Assembly (NCBI GenBank): GCA_964540295.1
Contig: CAZIMT010000001.1
Location: 15,913 to 65,809 of the forward strand
Direction of reading: 5' to 3'
Source: an uncultured Phycisphaeraceae bacterium
GTDB taxonomy: Bacteria; Planctomycetota; Phycisphaerae; Phycisphaerales; UBA1924
DNA: 49,897 bases
Made by a program: the position numbers and the translations under genes. The notes under the pieces were generated by a model. It searched no databases and was not told where the DNA came from. It saw only the letters and a list, made by a program, of their open reading frames with translations. The first letter of the stretch is position 1. The number at the start of each line of letters is the position of its first letter. Positions 15,185 through 23,467 of the stretch are shown in pieces.

Positions 15185-16162
15185 ATGCCACGAATGTTGA
15201 CGGCGGTCGCGATCGCGATGACGCTCGTCTGGCCGCGGTGCTGTGACGCTCGCGAAGACTTCGTGAGCGCTCGGTACATCGGTCCTACAGACGGTTACAC
15301 GCGGAAGATCGCGATCCAGATCGAGCAGTCCTCGATCTACAGTGGCATCGTCGATGTTGGACCGATTGACTATCAGTTTTTCGGCCCCGCGGACGGGACC
15401 GGTCGTTCGCTGGTCGGTGCTGTAATGCCCACGTTCGGCGTGGAGGTGGAGACCCCGCTCCAGAGCGAGCGCCGTTACACGCTGACTGAGATCGCGTTCG
15501 GACCCGAGCCGGTGGTGACGAATCTGGCGAGCCCGGGCCATTACGGTCAACGGCGTCAATCGCTCGTCCACGCGGTGGTCGGCGCGGCGATCCAGCTCGG
15601 TTGGCTGCGTCTCGACGGCACGATCCAAGATTCACTCAATGACAACCTGAACCGAGATCGGATGGCGGCGGTGCAGTTGTTGGTGTGGGAGTCAGTGTTC
15701 GAAACGCGCGAGGCACCAGAGCGGTGGAGTTTGGCGGACGGGAGCTTCACGGCTTCAATGGGCCAGACTCCGGGCGTGAAGATGGAACTGGTGACTCTCG
15801 CGGAGCACGCGACGACGATGCTGGAAGGGAACCTTCGCGTCGAGGGCCTGCGGACGATGACCACTAGGGATTCGCAGGACCGGCTGGTGATCGTGAGGAC
15901 GCCGGAGCGTACACGAAGGCTGGTTCGCCGCGTCAATGGCGCGGCCGAGTACTTCGACAGTTCTGACACGAGTTCTCTGGATCCGAACGCGGCTATTCAG
16001 GGCCCGACCCCAGGGTCGCCCAACTCGGGCGGGTTCACGGTGTTCTCGCCGCCCCCGTTCCCGCCCACGTCGAACGTGGTGCCGCTGCCGCCAGCGGTCT
16101 GGCCCGGCATCGCTGCGATTATCCTCGTGGCTCTTTACCAGAGCCGAAAGCGTGCGGCCTGA
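15185..16162 (+). CDS. Secreted protein with a VPLPPA-type exosortase C-terminal sorting signal (cargo 3), a Cys-less paralog of cargo 2
   Basis: The ORF is 15158..16162. ATG 15185 gives the signal-like N-terminus MPRMLTAVAIAMTLVWPRCCDA, but the start is uncertain (15158, 15185 or 15194). The C-terminus is SNVVPLPPAVWPGIAAIILVALYQSRKRAA (VPLP at 16079-16090). TFGVEVE and AVQLLVWE align with TFCLEKN and ALQDALWF of cargo 2. Confidence 0.7.
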   Translation: MPRMLTAVAIAMTLVWPRCCDAREDFVSARYIGPTDGYTRKIAIQIEQSSIYSGIVDVGPIDYQFFGPADGTGRSLVGAVMPTFGVEVETPLQSERRYTLTEIAFGPEPVVTNLASPGHYGQRRQSLVHAVVGAAIQLGWLRLDGTIQDSLNDNLNRDRMAAVQLLVWESVFETREAPERWSLADGSFTASMGQTPGVKMELVTLAEHATTMLEGNLRVEGLRTMTTRDSQDRLVIVRTPERTRRLVRRVNGAAEYFDSSDTSSLDPNAAIQGPTPGSPNSGGFTVFSPPPFPPTSNVVPLPPAVWPGIAAIILVALYQSRKRAA

Positions 16163-16216
16163 GATCCATTCGAACCGGAAACGAAGCAGTGTTTCATATC
16201 TTCTGAGAGGCATTTC

Positions 16217-16822
16217 ATGAACAATTCCACTTCTGCTTGCATGGTCGCTCTTGCGGTTCTTGGTTTCGGGATCGCGATTGGCGGGTGCAAGGGGCGTGCG
16301 GCCACGGTTCGCGAGACGGTCTCGGCGGTTGACGTCAATTCACGCGATTCTCGACAGCAGACGCCTCTTCACCTGGCCGCGCTCGCCGATGACGCCGACG
16401 AGGTGCGTCAGTTGGTGTCGCGTGGGGCGGTGATCGACGCGCTCGACCGCAAAAACCGCACGCCGCTGCACTCGGCGTGCGCCAAGGAACGAGTGAAGGC
16501 CGCCAGGGCGCTGATCGAGCTGGGCGCGAGCCTGAGCGTTCGTGACGACGACGGTAGCGTGCCGCTGCACTTCGCGGCCAGCAAGGGGCTTCCGGAGATC
16601 GCGCGAGCGATGCTGGACCGCAAGGCGGAGATCGACGTTCAGAACAAGCGCGGGTTCACGCCGTTGCACTACGCGGTGTTCGAGAACGAGATCGAGATGG
16701 TGCGAGTGTTGCTCGCGGCCGGGGCGGACACGACGGCTCGAGACAAGGACGGACGCACGGTGAGAGACTTGGCGGTGGTTAAGAAGCGTACGGCGATTCT
16801 GCCGCTGTTGCCGGGAAGTTAA
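16217..16822 (+). CDS. Ankyrin-repeat lipoprotein
   Basis: Signal peptide with a lipobox-like GIAIGGC. It has 4-5 ankyrin repeats, including QQTPLHLAALADDADEVRQLVSRGAVIDA, NRTPLHSACAKERVKAARALIELGASL, GSVPLHFAASKGLPEIARAMLDRKAEIDV and GFTPLHYAVFENEIEMVRVLLAAGADTT. Confidence 0.85.
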   Translation: MNNSTSACMVALAVLGFGIAIGGCKGRAATVRETVSAVDVNSRDSRQQTPLHLAALADDADEVRQLVSRGAVIDALDRKNRTPLHSACAKERVKAARALIELGASLSVRDDDGSVPLHFAASKGLPEIARAMLDRKAEIDVQNKRGFTPLHYAVFENEIEMVRVLLAAGADTTARDKDGRTVRDLAVVKKRTAILPLLPGS

Positions 16823-16929
16823 AGGGACCAATCGCGCACACGTGAGATTCCTCACGCTGGGGCGGTGCACTCGTCTCGCGCTTGCGCGTGGGCTTTTATC
16901 CAAAGACGCACGACCGAACCAAACGTGCT

Positions 16930-17694
16930 CTACCGGCGTGTAGCGGTGTACTCGGAGAAGAGCCCGAGCGAAACGGAGCGACGGACTTCCGCCAGTCCGG
17001 CCCGGGTCATCGCGTCGAGCACGCTCTCGGGCGAGACGCAGCGCTCGATGGTCTCCCAGTAGTACTTCCAGAGTTCTGACGTGCGGGGCGCACGGCCGAC
17101 GACGCGGGCGGCGATGGGGAAGACGACCTTGAAGTGTGCCTTGAGCACGAGGCGTTTAAGAGCGCTGGCTGGCCTCGAGACTTCGAGCACGCACATCCGG
17201 CCGCCGGGGCGCAGGGTTCGGGCCATCTCGGAGAACGCGGCGTCAAGGTCGGAAACGTGCCGGAGCGCGTAGCCCATGGAGACAAAGTCGAAGCGGCCTG
17301 ACTCGACGGGGATCGCCTCGGCGCTGGCGACGATCGTGGGGATCTGGAGCCCGTCGCGAGCGTGCTGGAGCATGGCGGTGCTGGGATCGACGCCGACGAC
17401 GGTCCCCGGTGCGCCGTTGGCTTGGACAATCGCGAGAGCCTCGCGAGCGAGCAGACCAGTTCCGGTGGCGACGTCGAGCACGGACATTCCGGGCCCCAAG
17501 CCGGCTCGGCGGAGAGCCTGCCCGCGGTACCATCGTCCACTTCCGAACGAGGCGATCGACTCCATCCGGTCGTAATCCTGGGCGGTCTCGTCAAAGATCT
17601 CGCGTAAATACTCGCGTTTTTCGGTCGAATCGCGGTAGTATGGATCGAGGATCGGGTGCGGTGGGAGAGAAGTTTGAGTCACAGCGTGCTCCAA
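16930..17694 (-). CDS. UbiE/MenG-like class I SAM-dependent methyltransferase
   Basis: FDETAQDYDRMESIASFGSGRWYRGQALR matches the UbiE-type YDxMNxxxSxGxHRxWR motif. SVLDVATGTGLLA is SAM-binding motif I. The start is non-ATG (TTG 17694 or GTG 17682). It may be a housekeeping menaquinone methylase or the methyltransferase of the adjacent pigment cluster; the sequence alone does not decide. Confidence 0.75.
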   Translation of the reverse strand: MEHAVTQTSLPPHPILDPYYRDSTEKREYLREIFDETAQDYDRMESIASFGSGRWYRGQALRRAGLGPGMSVLDVATGTGLLAREALAIVQANGAPGTVVGVDPSTAMLQHARDGLQIPTIVASAEAIPVESGRFDFVSMGYALRHVSDLDAAFSEMARTLRPGGRMCVLEVSRPASALKRLVLKAHFKVVFPIAARVVGRAPRTSELWKYYWETIERCVSPESVLDAMTRAGLAEVRRSVSLGLFSEYTATRR

Positions 17695-17757
17695 TCAGGG
17701 CCAGTCTACAGGACAGGCGATGCTCCGGCAACGGCCGACGCTCGCGGGTCGGGCGCG

Positions 17758-18552
17758 ATGGTCGCGGCGCAGACCGGCGTGCGTGTTCCGTCGTTCGTGG
17801 TGATCGCGCCAACTTTTAACAACGCGGGCACGCTCGAGGCCGTGCTGCGATCGGTCGAGGGACTCGGGTTCGCGTTGATCGTGGTGAACGACGGCTCGAC
17901 TGACGCGACCTCGAAAGCTCTTGAGGCGTGGTGCGGCGAACGCGGGACAGGTGAGAATCGTAACGTGATCCACCACGATCACAACCGTGGCAAGGCGGAC
18001 GCGCTGAGAACCGGGTTCGCGGAGGCTGTAAGGCTGGGCTTTTCGCACGCGATCACGATCGATACCGACGGGCAGCACGACGCGGCCGATCTTGTGAAGC
18101 TCGTAGCGATGGCGAAGAGCAACCCTGCGGCGATGGTGGTGGGGGCCCGGCCAACGGACGGCGGCGCGTACCCGATCAAGAGCCGTGTGGGGAGATCGAT
18201 CTCGAATGCGCTCGTGCGCGCCGAGAGCGGGGCGCGAGTGAGCGACAGCCAGTGCGGGATGCGGGTGTACCCGCTCGCGAGCACGAGGACGCTGGCGTGT
18301 GCGGCGGGGAGGTACGGCTTCGAGACTGAGATTCTCGCGCGTGCGGCGTGGGCGGGGATCGCGCTGATTGAGGCGCCGATCCGCTGCATCTATCACGTCG
18401 CGGGCGGGCGCGTGAGTCATTTCAGGCCGGTGCGCGATTCGATGTCGGCAATCGCGATGCACGCGCGGCTGCTTCTTGCGTCGATCGGGAAACGTGCGAA
18501 GGGTCGGCGTGCGCGGAAGGCGTGCCCTGCCCCCGCGGCGTTGCGCGCGTGA
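17758..18552 (+). CDS. Family 2 glycosyltransferase
   Basis: ATG 17758 lies inside ORF 17656..18552. FVVIAPTFNNAGTLEAVLRSVEGLGFALIVVNDGSTDAT is the GT2 N-terminal signature. ITIDTDGQHD is the DxD region. Confidence 0.8.
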   Translation: MVAAQTGVRVPSFVVIAPTFNNAGTLEAVLRSVEGLGFALIVVNDGSTDATSKALEAWCGERGTGENRNVIHHDHNRGKADALRTGFAEAVRLGFSHAITIDTDGQHDAADLVKLVAMAKSNPAAMVVGARPTDGGAYPIKSRVGRSISNALVRAESGARVSDSQCGMRVYPLASTRTLACAAGRYGFETEILARAAWAGIALIEAPIRCIYHVAGGRVSHFRPVRDSMSAIAMHARLLLASIGKRAKGRRARKACPAPAALRA

Positions 18553-18582
18553 TGCGAGCGGACCTGGTTTCCTTGCTGCGTG

Positions 18583-21138
18583 CTATCGCCGCGCTCGCAT
18601 CGCCGCCCACAGGCTCAGGGGCCAGACGCCCGCGAGCATGACCAGCACGCACACGATAAGCCCGACGTTGATGAGCGTTCCCAGCGAGCGCACGGCGGGG
18701 ACGCTCGTGAGCACGAGCGAGCCGAAGCCGAGGATGGTGGTACTAGCGCAGACGATCATGGCGGTACAGCCGGGCGAAAACTGCCGGAGCAGCGTGCGCA
18801 GGTCGGGGCGGTTCTGGACGAGCGACGCGGCGAAGACGCCATAGTCGACGGTGATCCCCATCAAGAGCGGGAGCATGACGAGGTTAACCAAGTTGATCCG
18901 TTGCCCGACCAGCCGCATGAACACGAGCAGGCCGAGCAGGCTGATGATCGCGGGAGCGGCGGCGATCAGAGCAAGCCGCAGAGACCGGAAATGAACGAGC
19001 AGGAAGATCAAGATGGCAAGCATCGCCACGGCGAGCAGCGTCGGGACCTCGTGCTGGATCGCGGCCTCGACATCGTGGGTGATCGCAACGGTGCCGGTGA
19101 CGGAAACGCCGTCGAGGCCGGTAAGCGAATCGCGGAGCGTGGAGAGCAGATCCTCGCGTGCGGCGTGGGATTCGACCGGCGCGGCGAGCACTACGGTGAC
19201 GAGGCTCTCCGTCGCGGGTGCGCCAGCGAGGGCCGCATAGGGGAGGAGCATGCGACCGACCGACGAGTAGCGCGACAGATCGGCGATCGTTGGCGGCGGA
19301 CCGGGCGTGAGCAGTTGGCTCAGGAATGTTGAATACGCGGCGAACGCGCTGGCGCGGAACGCGCTTGACTCTGCCGCCGTTTGGAAATCGCTGGTCACCC
19401 GTCCGGCCCAGGCAGGATCGATCTCGTGAGCGCGAGCGGCGGCGCGATCCGGATCAGGAAGGAACGACGCGAGGCTGAACGAGCCGCGCACGCCGACGGA
19501 TTCCATGCGCTGGCTGGAGAGACGTTCGCGGACGCGGTGCGCGAGCCGAAGTAAGTCATCGGAAGAATCGGCGCGGAGGTGGATGAGCACCGAGTCGGCG
19601 GGGAGGCCCATCCGTCGCGTGATCTCGCGCTGCGCATCGAGCGGCGGGTTGGGTCTGGGGTGGAGCGAGGTCAGTTCTGAGTCCACGTTGGGCCGAGCAC
19701 CGCCCGCGACCCATGCCGTGATGACGAGCGCGGACGCGATGGCCGTGAGCGTGACGAGCGTACGGCTGTGTCTGGTCAGCCACACGGCGAGAGACCTTGG
19801 GGCGACCCATCGCGCGGTGACGGCCTTGGATTGCCAGCCGATTCGATCGAGAAAGATCAGGGCCGCGGGCAGCACGACGAGCGTGGCGAGCCAGCACGCG
19901 AGCAGGCTGATCGATCCGATGACCGCAAAGTCGCGGAGCACCCGCACGGGCGAGAACACGATCGCCGCTAGCCCGATGACCGAGGTGATGCACGCGGCGA
20001 ACATGGGAGCCTTCATGTGCGTGATCGTGAACGCCGCGGATTCGGCCGATGTGTGTCCGCGTCGGCGTGCTTGTTCGTAGTGGGCGAGGAAGTGGATGGA
20101 GTAGTCGATGCCGATGCCGCTGAGCGTGCCGCCGACAACGGCCGCGAGCGGGGTGATGCTGGGGGTAAACGCGGCGTACGCGCCGAAGCCGCAGACGAGG
20201 CCGAGCGTGACGGGGAGCATCGCGAGCAGGAAGATCCGGATCGGCTTGCGATAGAGCACGGCGAAGAGGACAACGAACGAGACGAGCGAAGAGGAGATGC
20301 CGAGGATCGAATCAGAGCGGATCGCTCCGACGTTGTAGGCGGCGATGGCGTACGCGCCAGCGAACGAGACCTTGAGCGTGCCGGGGTCGGCCTTGTTGAC
20401 GCACGTTGCGACCAGCGCGGTGAGATCGCGGCAGAACTGAAGATCATCGGGACCTTTAAGGCCGGTGACGCGGATTAGCAGGGCGCGGCCGTCGGTCGAG
20501 AGCAGGAGGCCGTCGTTGCCGAACTGATCGGCGGCGAGCGCGAGGGCGGACTGGCTGAGCGTGGCGCGGAGGAACTCGTGAAGTCGAAGCGGGTCTTTGA
20601 GAATCGCCTTTCCCAGGCCTTCGGAGCCCGGGCCCGGGACTGTGAGCACGGCCTTGCTGCGCGCGAGCTGGGCCCGCATTCCTCCCGGCGTGAGTCGCTC
20701 TTTCAACTCGGTGAAGACGGAAGAGTCGAGGTAGTACAGGCCACCCGGCACGACGACGCGCTCGAAGAACTCGCGTGTTTCCGGGTCGGTACGAAATCCA
20801 ACGCTGGCGACGAGCGTGCCCGCGTTCGGCTGCGCATCGATCGCGGAGCGGAGCCTCTCTGCAAAGGCCACGAGGGGCGCGGGGTCGTTGGACGTCGCCT
20901 CGGGCGAGAGTTCGGCGAAGACGAGCAGATCGTTCACCACGGGAAAGTCGTGCATCACACGGCTCATCGCGGCGACGCTCGGGTCGCGCGCGTCGAGCAA
21001 TTTTTGGAGTGACGCTTCGGGGCGCAGCCGCAGCATGGACAGGCCCGCGATGAGCGTGACCAGCGCGGCCAGCGTGAGCACGAGGGCCGGTCGTCGTACA
21101 ACGAACGGCAGCGGCGTGGGCGGACGAAGTGCGTTCAT
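18583..21138 (-). CDS. MMPL/RND-superfamily exporter
   Basis: An 851-aa protein with two blocks of about 6 TM helices, each preceded by a large soluble loop. This is the MMPL/HpnN-like architecture. The start ATG overlaps the stop of the upstream lipoprotein gene (ATGA on the minus strand, 21135-21138). Confidence 0.85.
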   Translation of the reverse strand: MNALRPPTPLPFVVRRPALVLTLAALVTLIAGLSMLRLRPEASLQKLLDARDPSVAAMSRVMHDFPVVNDLLVFAELSPEATSNDPAPLVAFAERLRSAIDAQPNAGTLVASVGFRTDPETREFFERVVVPGGLYYLDSSVFTELKERLTPGGMRAQLARSKAVLTVPGPGSEGLGKAILKDPLRLHEFLRATLSQSALALAADQFGNDGLLLSTDGRALLIRVTGLKGPDDLQFCRDLTALVATCVNKADPGTLKVSFAGAYAIAAYNVGAIRSDSILGISSSLVSFVVLFAVLYRKPIRIFLLAMLPVTLGLVCGFGAYAAFTPSITPLAAVVGGTLSGIGIDYSIHFLAHYEQARRRGHTSAESAAFTITHMKAPMFAACITSVIGLAAIVFSPVRVLRDFAVIGSISLLACWLATLVVLPAALIFLDRIGWQSKAVTARWVAPRSLAVWLTRHSRTLVTLTAIASALVITAWVAGGARPNVDSELTSLHPRPNPPLDAQREITRRMGLPADSVLIHLRADSSDDLLRLAHRVRERLSSQRMESVGVRGSFSLASFLPDPDRAAARAHEIDPAWAGRVTSDFQTAAESSAFRASAFAAYSTFLSQLLTPGPPPTIADLSRYSSVGRMLLPYAALAGAPATESLVTVVLAAPVESHAAREDLLSTLRDSLTGLDGVSVTGTVAITHDVEAAIQHEVPTLLAVAMLAILIFLLVHFRSLRLALIAAAPAIISLLGLLVFMRLVGQRINLVNLVMLPLLMGITVDYGVFAASLVQNRPDLRTLLRQFSPGCTAMIVCASTTILGFGSLVLTSVPAVRSLGTLINVGLIVCVLVMLAGVWPLSLWAAMRARR

Positions 21139-21950
21139 GGCAGCTTCCGCGCCCGAAACGGCGGCGTGAATGCGGACTCCGGCGCCGCGTTGACGCTGAG
21201 GGTGCGGGTGATGATTGTCATCCGGCCCGAGCTGCTGACGGCGTGGATCTCAAGCGGCCAGGTGACGCCTTCGAGTTCGTGATAGTCCATCATTTCCAGC
21301 GAGAACACGCTCTTGCCGGTTGGATCGATGACGTCGGCTCGCGTGGTTGTGAGCGTTGATCGCGCGACGACGGTGCGGAGGACTCGACCCGCGGCGAGCG
21401 ATCGCGTTGTGATGAGCGTGTCGCCCATCACCATCGGCGGCGCGACCTCGGTCGCCTTCGCGTCCGCGCGCTCGCGCACAATGTCGTTCGGAACAGCGCG
21501 ACCCCACAGCACAGCCATCCAGTCGGGTAAGGCTTCGGATGTTCTCGCGAGCGAATCCGAGAGTGGCGAGGGAGCTTCGTTTGGCTGGTTGCTCGTGGGC
21601 GTTGTGGCGGTCGGTTCTTCGGCGGAATAGAGCCAAACTCCTTCGGGAACGACGGTGAGATCGAAGACGGCCTGGCCGAGCTTCCAGGCTCGCACGCGAG
21701 CGCGATCGGGTGGCTGCATGACGTACGCCGCTTCGAACCGCACGTTGCCGTGCGTCGGATCGTCGAGCACGAGTTCGCCGCGGCCTGAGAGCGTGCGGAT
21801 CTGCGCCATCCGGTTCTGCATGGTCGCGATGGACGCTCGAGCGTCCGTCGGCGCGTACGTTGGGAGCGGCTTTGAAACGCAGCCCGATAGGGGAGCGAGC
21901 GCGAGGATCGCGGTAACGCAGAGCGAGCCGGTCGTGTCGCGAAGGTTCAT
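21135..21950 (-). CDS. LolA/LolB-fold-like lipoprotein (outer-membrane lipoprotein-sorting-protein-like)
   Basis: ATG 21950 lies inside ORF 21135..22166 and overlaps the stop of the ligase gene by 4 nt. The lipobox is LAPLSGC. The sequence pattern is typical of LolB/DUF4292-like beta-barrel halves (IRTLSGRGELVLDD...VRFEAAYVMQPPDRARVRAW). The fold assignment is inferred, not proven. Confidence 0.55.
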   Translation of the reverse strand: MNLRDTTGSLCVTAILALAPLSGCVSKPLPTYAPTDARASIATMQNRMAQIRTLSGRGELVLDDPTHGNVRFEAAYVMQPPDRARVRAWKLGQAVFDLTVVPEGVWLYSAEEPTATTPTSNQPNEAPSPLSDSLARTSEALPDWMAVLWGRAVPNDIVRERADAKATEVAPPMVMGDTLITTRSLAAGRVLRTVVARSTLTTTRADVIDPTGKSVFSLEMMDYHELEGVTWPLEIHAVSSSGRMTIITRTLSVNAAPESAFTPPFRARKLP

Positions 21951-23464
21951 GGTTCTTCCAAGGCGGCGCGGAGGACTTTGCCGCTGGCCGAGCGGGGGAG
22001 TGAGGGCGCAAGTTCGATGATGCGTGGGAGCTTGCCAGCGGCGAGGCGGCCGCGCGCGAAACTGCGCAGGGAATCTTCCGTCGGCGGCGCGGCCGGATCG
22101 CGGGGGACGATGATCGCGCGCAGACGATCGACCGTGCAGCTCTGGCGCATCGGCAAAACAAGGCATTCCGCGACTCCCGCGTGTTCCTGAAAGACAGCCT
22201 CGACTTCGAGCGGGTTGACCTTGAGCCCGCCGGTATCGATCAGCAAGCGGCGGCGGCCCGTGATCGTGACGCGGCCTTGGAGATCGACGCGGCCCAGGTC
22301 TCCGGTGACGAAGTGACCGTGCTCCATCGGAGCGGGCTCTCCGACGTACCCGCAGAGCATCGACGGAGAGTGGACCAGCAGCTCGCCCTCCGCGCCCTCG
22401 GGCGCGCCCGCGCGCGAATCCGGGTCCACGACCAGGATCGACACGCTGCGCATGGGGCGGCCGACGCAGCTGGCGTCGAAGTTCGCATCGCGCGGATCGT
22501 TGAACGTGACGGACCCGATCTCGGTCATCCCGTAGACCTGGCCGATTTTGAGCGAGCAGTGCTGGGTGAATTGATCGCGGACCGACGCGGGGAGCGGTGC
22601 GCCGGCCGAATAGATCAATCGAAGCGTCCTCATGCTTGCGACTGGAGAGTTCGTGCCGCAGAGGATTTCGATCATCGCGGGGACCGCCGGGAGGATGGAG
22701 ATGTCGAACCCGGCAAGCCGCGCGAGTGATGCGAGGTCCATCCCGTCGGTGAGAACGACCGATGCTCCAGCCGTCAGCGGGCCGAGCAGCCCGTGCTCGA
22801 GGCCGTAGGAATGCGTCAGCGGAACAGCGGCGAGCACGCGGTCGTGCCTGGTCAATCCGATGGCTTCGACCATGTCTCGCGCGACCGCATCGAGCGATTC
22901 AACGGATCGATGGACGATCTTCGGAGCGGACGTCGTCCCTGAGCTTGCAAGAAGAATGCCGGTCGAAGGCGTTTGCCGGGTGAACTGTGCGAGATCTTTG
23001 GGAGATAAGGCGATCGCGAAGTGTGTCGCAGAGTTCTCTGTGCCGAGAACTCGCGGCGTCAGGGATTCAGCGTCAACGCGACCGCGGACTGTGGTCACGA
23101 TCGTCTTCGCGCCCGACTCGATCACGAGCCGATCTACTTCGAGCTTTGGAACGGCCGGGGACACCGGGAAAACTGAAACTTTCACCACGAGCGCTGCGAG
23201 GAACCAGATCGCGAAGTCGACGACGTTCGCGCATTGAAGGATCATCGGCCTTCGATCAGCAGCGATGACGAAGAGGTGGTCCGCCGCTTCAGTGACTCGC
23301 TGCCAAAGTTCCGCATACGAGAGCCCATCGCCGGACCGAGCGTCGATGTACGCGGGGTGGTTCGGCCTGTCTTGCGCGGTGCGCGCGATCGCTCGAAGAA
23401 GTTCCGAGGCGTCGGTTTCGGCGGTGCGAGAATGGATCTTCAACCTCCGGGTTCTGGTCAGCAA
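21947..23464 (-). CDS. AMP-dependent synthetase/ligase (aryl-acid:ACP/CoA ligase candidate)
   Basis: LASSGTTSAPKIV is the AMP-binding core SSGTTGxPK. Also present are GQVYGMTEIG, FVTGDLGRVDLQGRVTITGRRRLLIDTGGLKV and SASGKVLR. Confidence 0.85.
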   Translation of the reverse strand: MLTRTRRLKIHSRTAETDASELLRAIARTAQDRPNHPAYIDARSGDGLSYAELWQRVTEAADHLFVIAADRRPMILQCANVVDFAIWFLAALVVKVSVFPVSPAVPKLEVDRLVIESGAKTIVTTVRGRVDAESLTPRVLGTENSATHFAIALSPKDLAQFTRQTPSTGILLASSGTTSAPKIVHRSVESLDAVARDMVEAIGLTRHDRVLAAVPLTHSYGLEHGLLGPLTAGASVVLTDGMDLASLARLAGFDISILPAVPAMIEILCGTNSPVASMRTLRLIYSAGAPLPASVRDQFTQHCSLKIGQVYGMTEIGSVTFNDPRDANFDASCVGRPMRSVSILVVDPDSRAGAPEGAEGELLVHSPSMLCGYVGEPAPMEHGHFVTGDLGRVDLQGRVTITGRRRLLIDTGGLKVNPLEVEAVFQEHAGVAECLVLPMRQSCTVDRLRAIIVPRDPAAPPTEDSLRSFARGRLAAGKLPRIIELAPSLPRSASGKVLRAALEEP

Positions 23465-23467
23465 CGC

